DNA of 63,841 nt, the filler included, from Reticulomyxa filosa (lineage: Eukaryota; Protista; Foraminifera): NCBI GenBank assembly GCA_000512085.1. It is 10 parts of 10 records of this genome, joined end to end, with 100 filler letters (N's around TTAATTAATTAA, not from the genome) between each part and the next. Parts side by side here need not be neighbours in the genome. Positions count along the whole stretch, not along the records: positions 1 to 22,574 come from ASPP01004244.1; 9 more parts are not named here. One strand, written 5' to 3'. Of the stretch, positions 1 to 12,996 are shown piece by piece. The notes beneath the pieces were generated by a model. The model was not told the DNA's origin. It saw only the letters and a list, made by a program, of their open reading frames with translations, and made no database searches. Numbering within the stretch: position 1 is the stretch's first letter; each line of letters begins with the position of its first letter. The translations under genes and the position numbers were made by a program.

Positions 1-590
1 GTATATTTAGTGTAAATTTTTCTCCAGATGGTAAAACTATTGTGTCAGGTTCATTGGACAAAACTTTACGACTATGGGATGTTGCATCTGGAAAAGAGAT
101 CCTAAAATTGGAGAGTGAATCAGCATTTATATTGAGTGTATAATTTTCACCAAATGGTTAAATGGTTGTATCAACAGCTGTTGATGGAACTATTATTATG
201 TGGGAAGTAAATTCAGGTAAAAAATTAATACAATTATTGATGTATAATGATGCTGCATCATGTCCAAAATTTTCACCTGATTGTCAATTTATTGCATCTT
301 GTTCACATAATAAAATAATTGGAATATTACACGTTGAATTAGACGAATTTAAAAGGTTAAGGGGACATTCAGCATCTGTGACTGGCGTAACTTATTTTCC
401 AGATGGTCAAGCTATTGTATCTTGTTCAGCAGATAAAATAGTTCGTCTGTGGAATATAAAAGCTCAAAAAGAATTACAAACATTGGAAAGACATTCCAAG
501 CATATATCAGGAGCGGATATTTCACCAGATGGCACCACTATTGCTTAGTGCTCTTGGGACGCAACAATGCGACTATGGAGATGATTCAAT
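1..590 (+). pseudogene. WD40-repeat protein, 5'-truncated, with in-frame stops
   Basis: Frame 3 reads [26 protein letters not shown]...ILSV*FSPNG*MVVSTAVDGTIIMWE...GHSASVTGVTYFPDGQAIVSCSADKIVRLWN...DGTTIA*CSWDATMRLW. Stops at 141-143 (TAA), 159-161 (TAA) and 546-548 (TAG) fall inside conserved blades. Confidence 0.8.
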
Positions 591-897
591 TCAGATTGGA
601 TTCATCATATTTTTGATTCATTACCATTGTTTACTTTTTTCAAACATTCAATTATTTTTTTTAATGCTAATTATTTCTTTTTGTAATATATTGAAGATTT
701 ATGAAACAATAAAAAAAGTAAAAGATATTTTAATTTGTACAGGATTCAACATAATGAAAGAAGCAAATTTATTTTCAAAAAATTCCATATTCATTGGACA
801 CAAGCAACAAGTACTCTCACTTTTTAACAGATATATACTTTTTGAAAAGTTTTTCAAGTTTTGCAACGTTTCTTCCCCCTCCCCCCTCCAGAATAAG

Positions 898-1950
898 ATG
901 TATTTCAATGCTCAAAAAGCAGGTTTTCATTCCACAGCTGGTTTACTTGCCGCTCTTATAATCAGTTTCTTGTGTAGCCTATATTGCCTTTGGTTGTTGT
1001 ATGTAATCTGGCGCAACTTCTGGATCGTAACAAGAGAAAGAATCGGCAGTACAGCAAAAGAAATTCAACTGTCAACACAAAAGAATGACACAGCAATGGA
1101 AGTGAGTGTAAGTACATCTGTTACTTTAGAACAAAGTGCAAGACAGCAAGTAGTAATTGATGCAAGGATTAAGTGGATAGTGACTCTATATACTCTTGGA
1201 GGTTTTTTGTCATGCCTTGGAAACATTTGTGAACATTTGGTTTATGCATTGATAGAAAGCACTGAGAAAGCATGTGTTCGCGGATTGTACATTGTATACT
1301 TGCGAGCGTTTATGGAAGGGTTGATATTTTCATTTTACTTGGTGCGTGCAACCATACTTCTGCAAGGAACTGCCTTTGAAATATCAAAGTGCCGACAATA
1401 TTTTTTTGGGATTGCTCCGACTGTTAGCCTTAGTATTGTGCTGTTTGTGTATAATTTACGTATACAACTCTCTCACTGTAGTGAAGCAGGCCTTGCCGCG
1501 TTATTGCTCTTTTTTTTAGTAATTTTCGTTAATATATTTTGGAATGCCGTTTTATTCATTTTTTTAATTTATCACGTTCACAAAGTTAAAAAAGTGTTTT
1601 CTGTATGTGTGTATATGTATATATATGAGTCATTATGTGTTTTAAGTACTTTGTGTTTTATCGGAATGTTTCCCCCCCCCCTTGTTAAAAAAAAAAAGAT
1701 TGCAAACGGGGCAATGACAAATCATCACATCCAAAAAGACTTGAAAGAATATTTGAAAAAACTGTTGCAATTGTTTTTAATCACGGAGCTGTCTGCTACT
1801 GCTTTGTATGCGACGATACTTATGTCCAGTTGGAAGGACGCACTTTGGTCGTTAGCAGTCATCGATGTATGTGTTAATTGCTCCGCGATACTTTTATCAT
1901 TTGGTTTTGCAAAACCTGTCTTTAACGTCGTTTGTTTGTGTAAATGCTAA
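898..1950 (+). CDS. Orphan seven-transmembrane (GPCR-like) protein; probable in-frame 114-bp intron at 1585-1698
   Basis: Seven hydrophobic segments follow MYFNAQK, with a Cys before TM3 (EKACVRG) and TM7 IDVCVNCSAILLSF. The segment 1585-1698 has GTTAAA...A-run-AG ends and TATATG intron-like content. Confidence 0.7.
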   Translation: MYFNAQKAGFHSTAGLLAALIISFLCSLYCLWLLYVIWRNFWIVTRERIGSTAKEIQLSTQKNDTAMEVSVSTSVTLEQSARQQVVIDARIKWIVTLYTLGGFLSCLGNICEHLVYALIESTEKACVRGLYIVYLRAFMEGLIFSFYLVRATILLQGTAFEISKCRQYFFGIAPTVSLSIVLFVYNLRIQLSHCSEAGLAALLLFFLVIFVNIFWNAVLFIFLIYHVHKVKKVFSVCVYMYIYESLCVLSTLCFIGMFPPPLVKKKKIANGAMTNHHIQKDLKEYLKKLLQLFLITELSATALYATILMSSWKDALWSLAVIDVCVNCSAILLSFGFAKPVFNVVCLCKC

Positions 1951-3030
1951 TGCATATACATTACATACGAATTGTATATATCATCGTTACGTAAAGTGTT
2001 TTTTTATACAAAACAGAGAGGGTCGTAAATTGTAAGATTTTTTTGAACTTCAAAAAATGTTCCCTTTTCTTTATTTCTCTTTTCGCGATGAAACGGCTTA
2101 CTTAGTTTTGTTCGGCTTCTTTTGTAATATTAAAAAGCTTTTCCTAATGCTAAATTTTTAGAAAGTCTATTCAAACCACAAAAAAGTACGACCTAAACGT
2201 TTCACTTTGAACATAACACAATAGTCAGTCTTGCATTATGTATTGTCTTGACAACAAGTATTGAAGAAAAGAGACTTTAGAGCTATTTTTTTAAGCTTGT
2301 TCAAAAATTTGAAAAAAACTAGTGATGTGGGTTCTGAAAAATTTAAAAATTTCATGATCTAATCAAGTAACATGCGTTTTTCTACGAACTTACGGAAATC
2401 ATCAATCTCAAAAAAGTTATAAAAAATCAATTTTGTACAAACTACTATTAAACAGCTTATTGGACATAGATTACTTGAAACAATAGCAATAATGACAATA
2501 ACGACGCTTCCAATGACAATACCATCCAATGGCAACAATACATTGACTCAGAAACACATAAGTTATTGATGGGCTTGTTTTCTAAAAACAAGAATAAGTG
2601 CGTTATCATGTAATTTATTAAAACTTTGTTACATCTTCAAGCAAAGTTTCAAATTTAGCTGCTTGAAAAAAATTGAAAGTATATCGATGAACATCCGAGC
2701 ATAGTAATGTTAGTTTTTTTGGACTTTTCTAACAACCATTAAACAGCCGACCAGTTGGAAAGAAGGCAAAACATTACAAGAAGCAAGAACTGGATCAAAA
2801 AAAATGGTCATATTATCAACTGGAAAATGAAAAGATGCATTAAGCTGTTCTAAAGGCATATTTTCTTAAGATATCATTTTCGTAAAAGAGTTGTCTGAAC
2901 ATAAGCATCAACATATTGCTTGTAAGTTATTTATATTTTGCGACATTAAATGCATTATAAACTCTTTTTATCACAATTTAATACTGTGTCAAAACCGCAC
3001 AAAAAAAAATTTTTGACTAAACAAAATTTA

Positions 3031-3156
3031 AAAAATAAAAAGGGGACAAAAAAAGAAAAAAGCGAAAAAGAGAAAGTTTGAACCAGGCGGCACCCATTGG
3101 TGCCGCCTGGTCCAAACTATCTCTTTTTTCTTTTTTCGTTTCCTTTTTATTTTTTC
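3031..3156. repeat. Imperfect inverted repeat with a GC-rich hairpin core (3075-3118)
   Basis: AGTTTGAACCAGGCGGCACC-catt-GGTGCCGCCTGGTCCAAACT forms 20-bp arms with one mismatch. The A-rich left and T-rich right flanks extend the pairing. Confidence 0.9.
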
Positions 3157-3610
3157 CAAAACGACTTCGACAACAGTTGGTGGAAACTTTGTTAGTTCTC
3201 GTTGGAGTGATATATGATAGCATCTATCAAAATGACTCAAAATACGCACTAATTTCCAAAAATAAAAACCAAAAACAAAATTGAATTTATATTATTTAGT
3301 AGATGTTTTTTTTTGTTTTGTATTTTTTAAATCTAGTGTAATTTGTCCATTGTTGACCTTTTAAAAAGCTCAAACTATTGAATGTTTTAATGATATGCAG
3401 GAAAAAAAATACTGAAAGTTACAAACAAGTAATTATCCACGTCTGGAAGCCCAATGCTGCAATCACTCCCAATACTTCCAAAATTACCAAAACGACCAGA
3501 ATCTATGGACAATCACCTCGTTGTTCATTGTAGTATGTCATTGTTTAAAGCTGGGGTTCTCGTTTGTATAACCTGTGATAAAAGTACTTCTCCACCAGAA
3601 ACTTACAGTA

Positions 3611-4326
3611 AGATAAAAAAGAAAGTTGACACCTAAAATGCCACCTTATAGAGATGATTGTGCTTCTACATGAAAAAACAACATTTAATCAACATTTTTT
3701 TAAAAAATATCTACTAATAATGTAGTTTTTAAATATCATTTTGGTTTTTTATTAAGTATTTACAATTTTTTCAAAAATTTTAATTTTTCATTTGATTTGG
3801 TAAAATTTCTTAAAAAAAGTTTACAATAGTATTTTTCTAGTAGTCATGAAATTTGACAATATTTTTTTAAACAAGTTTTAAGATTTTCCTTAGATATTTA
3901 TTTTTGTCATTTTGATTATTTTATTGCTGAAATAACAATTAGATGAAAATTCCATACAATAAGAACAAAATTTGTTTGTGTAAGCATTTTAGTCTGGTCA
4001 TGTTTTGGAGCATTATGAATAGGTTACGCTTGCAAGGTGGAAGGTTGATAAATACTGATATATATAAAGAAATTTTATCTGATAAAATCTAAAGATCGCC
4101 AATTGCTGCTTAGAAAATAAGATGATTGGATTTTCCAGCAAGACAATACAACATGACATAAATCGGAAAAAATTATGAAATGATTAAAGCCAAAAAAAAG
4201 AAAACAATGAATTTACTGCAAATTCACCTGATTTAAAAAAATTTTTGATCAAATGTTGTTTTTTCATGTAGAAGCACAATCATCTCTATAAGGTTGCATT
4301 TTAGGTGTCAACTTTCTTTTTTATCT
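3611..4326. mobile_element. MITE / non-autonomous DNA transposon with ~82-bp TIRs, flanked by TA (Tc1/mariner-type TSD)
   Basis: 3611-3692 (AGATAAAAAAGAAAGTTGACACCTAAAATGCCACCTTATAGAGATGATTGTGC...) is the reverse complement of 4245-4326 with 2 mismatches. TA at 3609-3610 and 4327-4328. No internal ORF. Confidence 0.85.
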
Positions 4327-4687
4327 TAATGTATATCTAAAACAGCATTCTTGTTTCGTACATGACCGCAACACTTTGGCATGGATCGTCTGAAAAAAAA
4401 GATGAAGCAGATGTTGAAATAGACCATGTGCAAATATAACATTTTTTCTTGCACGTACCAAAATAACGCTTGAAGACTATAAAGAGAAGAGTATAAGAAG
4501 AAACACGTGAGAAAGTCGCAAGAAGTTTGCAAATGAAAATTTTGTTAATAACTATTTTTATTTGCATTATTGCAAAAAGCACAAAATTGAAACAAGGTGT
4601 AGGTGTTTCCTTTTCCAACCCCACTTTTAAATAAATAGTGACGAAAAAAAAAAAATATCGGCAACGAACAAGCAAGCAAACAACAAA

Positions 4688-5816
4688 CTACTGTTGGAAA
4701 TCGGATTTAGCAGTCAATTTCTTAACCAGTTCGTTGTAGTCTCCATTATCATTTTCATAATCATAATCATGTTCGTAGTCGTGTTGGTAGTCGTTTGTAC
4801 ACGGACAGTGCATAGCAAATTTGGAGTAACCTTTCGGAGAGACGGAGTGAGTATTGATATCAAAGACGAACTCCACGGGAAATGTGGAGGGATCATCGCT
4901 ACTATGTAGAGCCAGTTGCTGTTGAAGCCGAGGCAAAAGGAGCCACAAGACTTGGAGGTGTTTATCCAAGCCCAAAGAAAAGAGAGGATGATCAGCATCA
5001 AGTTGCAAGCGTTGATCGGTGATGGAAGGACGACGATGTTTTTGAGATTTGTGCGTGGGTGTAACAGAAGAAGAGGAGGAAGAAGAAGAAGAGGACGGGG
5101 ATGGTCGATATAACTGCAAAGAATGATACGGACCTTTAACAGATTTTTGCTGATAAACCAAACAATTGCTCAAAGGCTGATAGCGCAGTCGAAAAATAAG
5201 CGAGTGAACCCGAGAAGAAAAAAGTAAATCAATGTCCCCACAAGCCAACAACACACCCAATTTAATATTCAAATGACGCGCGTTTTCAATGTGAAACACA
5301 ATCACGGGTGACTCTTGGCGAATCACACGCACCACTTGACAAAGAAACGAATACAGCTTTTTCCATTTGCGATTGGGGCTTTTCGACAATTCTGCACAAT
5401 TCGAAAATGAATTCACTATTGAAAATCCGTTTCCTTGTCTTTGCTTGCTTTTCTTCTTCTTTTTGTCTGATTTGCAATTTTTTTTCTTATTCTCTTTTTC
5501 TTTATCATTCTCGTTATTATCATTGTCATCATCGTCGTCATCATTATCATCATTATCATCATCTTCTTCTTCTGTATGTTTCATTGCCATTTCACTGCCA
5601 CTGTCGACTCCGCTTTGGTTTGGAGCCTGTTTGGAGGAAGAACAGACGGCAATGGAAATGCCCCCTTCGGAGTTGACAAGCATTGTATACGTTGACGTGT
5701 GTGCAAGGACATTGCCATTTTGGATCTCCACCACGCAATTCACTTTGTCAAAGTTTTTTGTGCGCGACTTTAGCAATGTGGTATTCATTGGTTTCAACTC
5801 CTTTTCATCATTGCCA

Positions 5817-5866
<50 letters not shown>

Positions 5867-7231
5867 GTTACTGTTGTTGCTGTTGCCATTACTTTTTCCA
5901 CTCAATTTCACATCCGATTCCATCTTCATTTTGTTCGTGACCTCTGCATTGTCACCACCGTGACTGTTCCTCATCCACGAATGCCGATAGATTTTTTCAA
6001 GACCAATTCTTTCCATCGGATTCTGCATGTTCATTTTGGAATGCAAGCATATTACGTATAATACCACATACACATATATACATATAAATAATATATGTAT
6101 GTATATGTATATATATATGTATACGTATGTACAATATAATAAAAATAACTTTGCACAAAATGTGCAACAATAAGTCTTTCAATTCGTCACTGAATACTTG
6201 TTTGGGATAGATGATATCGCTTTCGATGACTTTTTTCAAAGTATGTTTTGTGTTGCCTGTCTGCAAGAAAGAAGCAAACGAGTGACATAGGATTTAGCCA
6301 TTATATGATCAAGAGGAAGAGGAGAAGAAGAAAAAAAGAGCCGCAGTACCTCAAAGGGCGGCTTTCCATTCATCAGAGTGTACAGCAGAATGCCAAGACT
6401 CCACACATCGGCACTATATGAATGTGACTGCTTGGAGGCGATTTCGGGCGCGACATAATTGGGTGTGCCACACATGGTCATGCGATCGCTGTTGTCATCA
6501 ATGGTCGCGGCCAGACCAAAGTCGCACAGCTTCAGCACGCCATGGTGAATGAGGATGTTATGCAGCTTCACATCGCGATGAATGATCTTCAATTGGTGCA
6601 TATATGAAATCGCGTCCAATACTTGTCCGAACACGTTACGTGCGCTCTTTTCGGTAATACAGTTCACTTCGTTTTTATTGCGTTGTCCATGCTCGTCCAT
6701 CTTTTTTGATAGCAATCGATGCAGGTCCCCTTCTTCGCAATACTCCATTACCAAATAGATGTTCTCATCGTCTTCGAACCATTCGTACAACTTCACGATA
6801 TGCACGCTCGGCTTTATTTCCGATTTCAATGCTCCTTTCGCATTCCCCATCGCCTTTCGCAACTCTTCTCGGCTGTCGAAATGCAATGGCGAAATTCCGT
6901 GCGTTAAACACAAATGAATGTCTATCTCATTTTCCACTCGTTCCGTTTGGTCTTTTGCTTTTAATACTTCTTTTCGCATCTTTTTTTTTTTTTTTAAATA
7001 ATAATAAATAAAAAAAAGACAAGGCCCATTCCTCTCTCTCTTTCCAAATTAGATTCCACACAAAACTATCTTCAATGCTATTTCTCGCTGTGACGGATTG
7101 TGAACCGCATGAACCACTCGTCCAAACGAACCCTGACCCAAAGATCTCAATATTTTATAATCAATTATCGTTTTGCTCCATTCAAATCTTTTTTCATCTT
7201 TTGCGATGGTTGACAAAACTTTATCTGACAT
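4688..7231 (-). CDS. PLK4: Polo-like kinase 4 (SAK)-like kinase, multi-exon
   Basis: Kinase motifs GQGSFGRV, ALKI, HRDVKLHN, DFGLA and TMCGTPNYVAPE. The C-terminal LKPMNTTLLKSRTK..VVEIQNGNV and KWKKLYSFLCQVVRVIRQESPVIVF resemble the PLK4 cryptic polo box. First intron 6980-7066. Confidence 0.75.
5819..5885 (-). repeat. (AAT)n coding microsatellite giving poly-Asn; similar tracts at ~17147-17190, ~37990-38020 and ~38310-38370
   Basis: Direct trinucleotide repeats within coding exons. Confidence 0.9.
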
Positions 7232-8354
7232 TATCTTTTTATTTGTATTTTCCCCCCTTTTATCTCCGTGCAAAAACGCTTTATGGAATTTTATGCACCA
7301 CTTTCAAAAGCGCTGGGCAATTAATCTTTCATCTTGTGTTACGTTTTACAACAACATTTTATTGTTAAGAATTGCTATCGTAACTTGTTGTGTAAAATTA
7401 AGTGAAATTATTTGAACTATATTTTTCTTTTAGTTTTTGTAAAGAATAAAATGAAATCAATTTATCAAGATTATAGATATTTCATCTAATTTAGGCATAG
7501 TACGCTCAAAAGAAATTTAAATAATAAAAGTAAACAAAAATAGCTAACAAAGACTCGGTCAACAACAAATTTTGAGTTATGTTTTGATATTTTGTGAATA
7601 ATTTTAAAAATAATCCGTGAGCTAACAAAGTAAGTAAAACGTTTCAAGATATTGAACATAGAATTTTTCAATTTTTACATACTGTGACAAAATATCAAAA
7701 ATAAAACTTATAATAACAAAAAAAATGTACCAAGCAAGAATATTGAGTCGTTTTTTGGATTTATGATATTACTTTATCTTTGCTTGCTTTTGGCATAATT
7801 TAGTTAAGGAGAGTGGTGCGATCTAAATGTAATACAAGAGTAACTCCTGTGAAACTCGTTTCGGTAATTGACAAAAACGAATAAATAAAAAAATAATTCA
7901 GTTTTTTTTGGTGTGGTATGTTTGATAGTTAAAAAGGATTGAAAAATAGTACCATGTTTGCTTTTTAATTATTGATTACATTATTTTTAATCGGACGTTG
8001 TTTTCATAGGAAATATTGCTCCCATAAACAGATTGTGATGATTTTCTTTTGTAAACTCTCGTTTTTGAGCCAATCTCTGAAATAAATTAATTTTTTTGTA
8101 CACTAATCCTATTTCCGGTCTGCCAAAATTGGTTTTACTGGTTTTTTAATTGATCTAATTCTTTTTGTGCTGATCGCAAAATATTAAGTGGTTTGCAAAA
8201 AAATAGAAAAAAATAAGTGATTTTTTTCTGCGAACTGCGCAACTATACAAAACGGAAATGTTTCAAATGTTCATCTCAGCCCATTTAAATTTTGGAGTTA
8301 TTTACAACAAACTCGCAAAAACCGAACTCATTGTTAGAAAATGTTACTTGCGCT

Positions 8355-11340
8355 TTAAGGCTGAGAGGCAGAGGACACCTCAGGTTTTCTTAAATCACCC
8401 AATGGAATTTGTGGTATTTGAGAGGGGTCAACAACATCTTTGGTAGGGTCAAAAGCAAATTCAGAGATGTCTTCTCCTTTTATTGGTGGTTCATCCTCAT
8501 CAATGTCAATGTGTGCTCCCAAGACCAATACATTTTCAATAAGTCTTTGTCGTTCAATGCCTTGTAAGACCTCCAATGGGACGTCTGGAATAACCCATTT
8601 TTCAGCACTAACAATCAAGCCCAATCCAATGCAGGTCAGAGAAAAGAAAACCCATTTCATTGTCCCTCCGTTCGAGACTATGGTTTCAACTACTCCAGTG
8701 CGCCAGGTAATTAAGGCCACGTTGGTTCCAACAGCAACTAAACTGAAAAATGAAAGGACTCCGTTCCATGCTCCCAAACCAGATGATCCATTAGGATGTG
8801 GGCGTTGTGACTCGTGGACAATTTTATAGCCATCAACTTTCAATTCGAGAACGTTATTGATAAGGGCGAGCAACGGTGTAATAGGTAATGCAATAACGAA
8901 CATCGTCACATAACCAAACTGGATGACCATTTCGCTCATATCATCGATTGTGTTTGCGAAAGGAGTAAGTACCATTTGCTCTTCAGCAGCTGATTTTGGT
9001 GGAACTGTTTCTCCGCGGTCAGCAGCAGCTTTTTCTTCGCGTTTTGCATTAATTTTACCAATTAGATAGGGCACAAGCACTTCGACCAAGTTTTGAATAA
9101 CAATAGCAGTCACAAACAGCGATGCCAATTGAAGTTGCAAATCCTTCAACACCAATACATTTATTTCGGTTTCCACTTGATTTTTGGAGCAATACAAACC
9201 TGACTCATAGCAGCACTTGAAATCGTTTGAGGAATATTCTGCTTTCGTTGTTCCGCACATTGGCTCCTTAGTATCACTGTCTTTGCAAGAACTGCAAATT
9301 GACGGATAATTTTGAATATAGTACGCATCACTATTGGAAATTCAAAACAATTTTTTTTTTCCCCCTTTCCTCCATTTTATAACATGCACTCCCTTCAAAA
9401 ACACACCACTTACCCTTTTGCAAATGGTCGGATAAACGACAAGTAAAACAAGGAGGAAAAGGAATTGAAGAATTTGAATACAAACGATTTCGAAATCAAA
9501 GCATCTTGAAAATCTTGTTCAGTTCTGTGGTTTTCCCATTGGTTGCCATATTGCGATGCAAATTGGTACACGTAATCAAAAACGGAAATCATAACACCGT
9601 TGGACACACCCAGACCAATCTTCAAACCCAAATCGGTGGGGTTTTTGTCACGGAACAGCAAAATGTAAATGACTGCCACCACACATCCTGCCATCCAGGT
9701 GCTCAAGCCCGAATATACAAATAATCCTTTAAAGAATCGTGACAAAAACGAATAGTCCTCCACCCAGAGACCTGAGACACGGTCGTGTTGCCATTCTCCT
9801 TTGAATTCTGGTCTTGCCACAGCCTTGGTCTGGAATTTCGTCATTCCCCACAACAAGCGGTAGCGACTTTCTTGTCTAACCCAAAACTCTACAAAGGCTA
9901 CACACCAGAGGATGATAAATAAGGACAACAAGAACAACCCAGGCACATCTACTTCATTATGCACAAGTTGTGCAATAAAAAATCCAATTCCGACAATCGA
10001 TGGGGCAATCAACCATCGCAAATAAAACATCATAAAGCCATAATAAAATGCTGTTGGTTCTCCAAAATATGCGCGAATATCCGACAGTGGTACCGTTAAC
10101 AAATCTCGAACGGCCCAGTTTTTCACCCATTTCGTTGAAAATTCCTCCAATTCTTTTGGGTTGTGCAGTGGAAAACATGCCACAAGGGGGTGTGTGGGGC
10201 TTGCAATGTGTTCTTGAATTTCAATTTCAGCACCACCTTTTGGAAAAAAACAAACACGAGTTTTTTTGGTCCTCCCTTTTTTTTTTTTTTTTACGTATTC
10301 AAAACAATCACGGGGGTTAGATAATTTTTTAGGGTAAGCTAAAAAAAAATGTTTATACCTTCGCCTTTGTCTTCAATGATCGATTCGTAAATGATACGAA
10401 GCCTTGTCTTTTCATCAAAGCAGGTTTTTATTGAGTCATTGTCTCGTAAACGATTATACTGTCGATAAATCGATTTTTGTGCTTTTGGGTTGTATTGGGC
10501 ATACATACATGACCAATTTTCTAATGGTAAAGAGCACCTTGCTGGGTCATCTTGTTCGTCCTATTAACAAAACATTTTTTTTTGATGGTCACTAAAAAAG
10601 CGGCAAAACATACACAGAAAAAAAAAAGTAACTAACGAGGTAGGTACGAAGAGCCAAAGGAAATTCTCGGCGTCTTCCTTCTCGGCAAGCTTGGGATGGT
10701 TCAAGTTCCAAATCTGTATCTCTGTCATCTGCCCAGCGGTTGAGATTATCTTCGGTTATTCCGATTAGCATAATTACAAACTTTTGGTCTTGTGATCTGT
10801 ATATTTTTTTTTTTAGGGTAATGGTTCAATACGTATACTTTTGCAAAAAAAAAAATTTCTTTTTTCTCTTTTTATGCCTGAAAAGTTTCGTGGACAAACG
10901 AGCTTCTTCCAATTCTTTTTGTGTTTGCAACACAATTTGAGAGAAATATTTTCTCTCTGACATTCCCTCCTGCCATTCTTTGTCGTATCCACCAAAACTA
11001 CCATTTTGTTGATCAAATTCTTTTTTTGTTGGCTTGTGCACTTCATTTTCATCACCGACTTCAAAAACCATCGCATAATCCCATGAAAGTGGTGAGGTTG
11101 CGGATGTTGTTTCTCTGCGTACCTCTTTCTGTTAGTTTTTTTGTTGTTGCTTAACAATTAAAGTATAAAAAAACATGTGGGTCCTTTCAACGAATTCTCG
11201 CAATACTCAACTGATATTTTTGATATTGTTTCAGCCGAAACATTGAACACTTTCGACAATATCTCTGCTGGGACTGTAACGTTTTCCGCCAGTAGACTGC
11301 GTAAATAAGTTTCTTCTTCAGACTCTTTTCTCTCACTCAT
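8355..11340 (-). CDS. ANO: Anoctamin/TMEM16 family Ca2+-activated channel/scramblase, multi-exon
   Basis: Motifs FPLHN, PLSDIRAYFGEPTAFYYGF, WENHRTEQDFQDALISKSFVFKFFNSFSSLFYLSF, DMSEMVIQFGYVTMF, PLLALINNVLELKVDGYK and GLGAW. Confidence 0.93.
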
Positions 11341-12996
11341 GATTATATAACTACAGGTCAATCAATTCCTTCTCGTGCAAAAGAAAGGTTTATTTTTGTT
11401 TACACCACTCTCCTCCGGCTCAGTTTTTGCAAAAAACATGCACTCTTTTACTAGTAGGTCTGCTATATTATTTGTATGCGAAGTCTTGCATCAAAAAAAT
11501 GTAAATACTTTTGCAGCATCCAAATTGTTTAAATTTTTGCGTAGTCTCAAATAGGAATACAACCACCAACTTGCTGATGGTGATGAGTTTCAAATACATA
11601 TACAAGATAAAGTTGTGAAAAAAAGTATACAATGTAGCAAGTGAGTGTCTGTCATTAGAATGAAACAGTCTGTGCACAAATGATGAACTATTACAAGTCA
11701 AGAGTAACATGAAATGGCTATGTATTTTAAATGTGCAACTTCAGATTTAACTCTAAAAATTTCTGCAAAAAGAGTAATATAATTTTGGAAAGTTATTAAA
11801 TCTAATATTTTTTTATACAAGTCGCAATCAGCTATACACTCGCGAAATCAGTTGATTTATCTTAATGGAAATAAAAAAAAACAAACAAAACGAATTGTTT
11901 AATTTCAACTAACCACAGTAATTACAAATTATAGAATAAAATAAACCAAATTATTTCTAAATTTAACAAAAAAAATTTTAACAAAAACTAAAAATTTCAA
12001 ATAAATAAGCGCAAAAGCGCAATGCTCATTGGTAAATGTTACCGCACAATATGTTTTACTATCTATTTTAAAGCCAAATACTATTTACTGACGCATTCGT
12101 AACTAACTTTAAATTTTTTTGCAACTGTCATATAACTGAATCAATTACTTATCATTTTCACATAGCGTTCTTTTACAAATTATCAACATGATTTATAACT
12201 TTAACAGAAATGACCAAAAAATCATATTTACACTTAAAAAAAGTTCCAAAAATATAACAAAATTTCATAAATACAAGAAAAACGAGACCGTTAACTTTTT
12301 TTTGAAAACAAAAAATCAAATAAATGATCCAAATTTTTGAAAATTTCGAAAGATAAAATAAAAAACCAAAACGATATTTTAAAACTAGCTATATTCAGTG
12401 GCTATCTTTCCTTCAAGTTAATTTTTTTCACAGCAGCTTCCTTGATTTGGTAATTCTGATCATATGTGAATTTTAAAATCTTTTTTAATGAATAAAAACA
12501 AAAACAATATTTTGATATATGGGCTGCAGATCTTCAAAAATATTAAATGAGAAAATCAATTGTTTACATAATATGTTATTGAACGATAAATATATATACA
12601 TAAAAACTACTTGATCGAAAGTTAGTTGAAGAATTTAAATTTCCTTTATAAACAGTTGCGTTTTAAATGTTTTTTTTCGATTCCTAAAACGCAATTACAT
12701 ACTTTTCTCTTGCTGCTTAATTTGTAAAACTTGTGCTATCTTAAGTGTAAAATATTTTTTTAAATATGCATAAATTTTTAAGATTAAAACAAGTTTAAAA
12801 AAAAGCATGTATGTAAAAACAAATCTAAAAATAAACAAATAAAAATAGTGTTTAAAAAAATTAGCATAAATATTTTTCAATAAGAAAATCGATTATGTTA
12901 ATAAAGTTGCATATATGTTTGTGTAGAAAAAAATAATGTCGAATATAAATATTGAGTAAATATTTTACTATTCAAATGCCTAGTGATCATTTTCAC

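Noticed and set aside
141-548. TAA/TAG reassigned to Gln (ciliate-type code)
   Set aside because: Long conserved exons (anoctamin, USP, PUS1) have no in-frame TAR, genes end in TAA/TAG, and the HEAT and transposase relics with such stops also carry frameshifts.
529-897. N-terminal 123 aa of the 473-aa ORF
   Set aside because: AT-rich intergenic read-through; the 7TM protein more plausibly starts at ATG 898.
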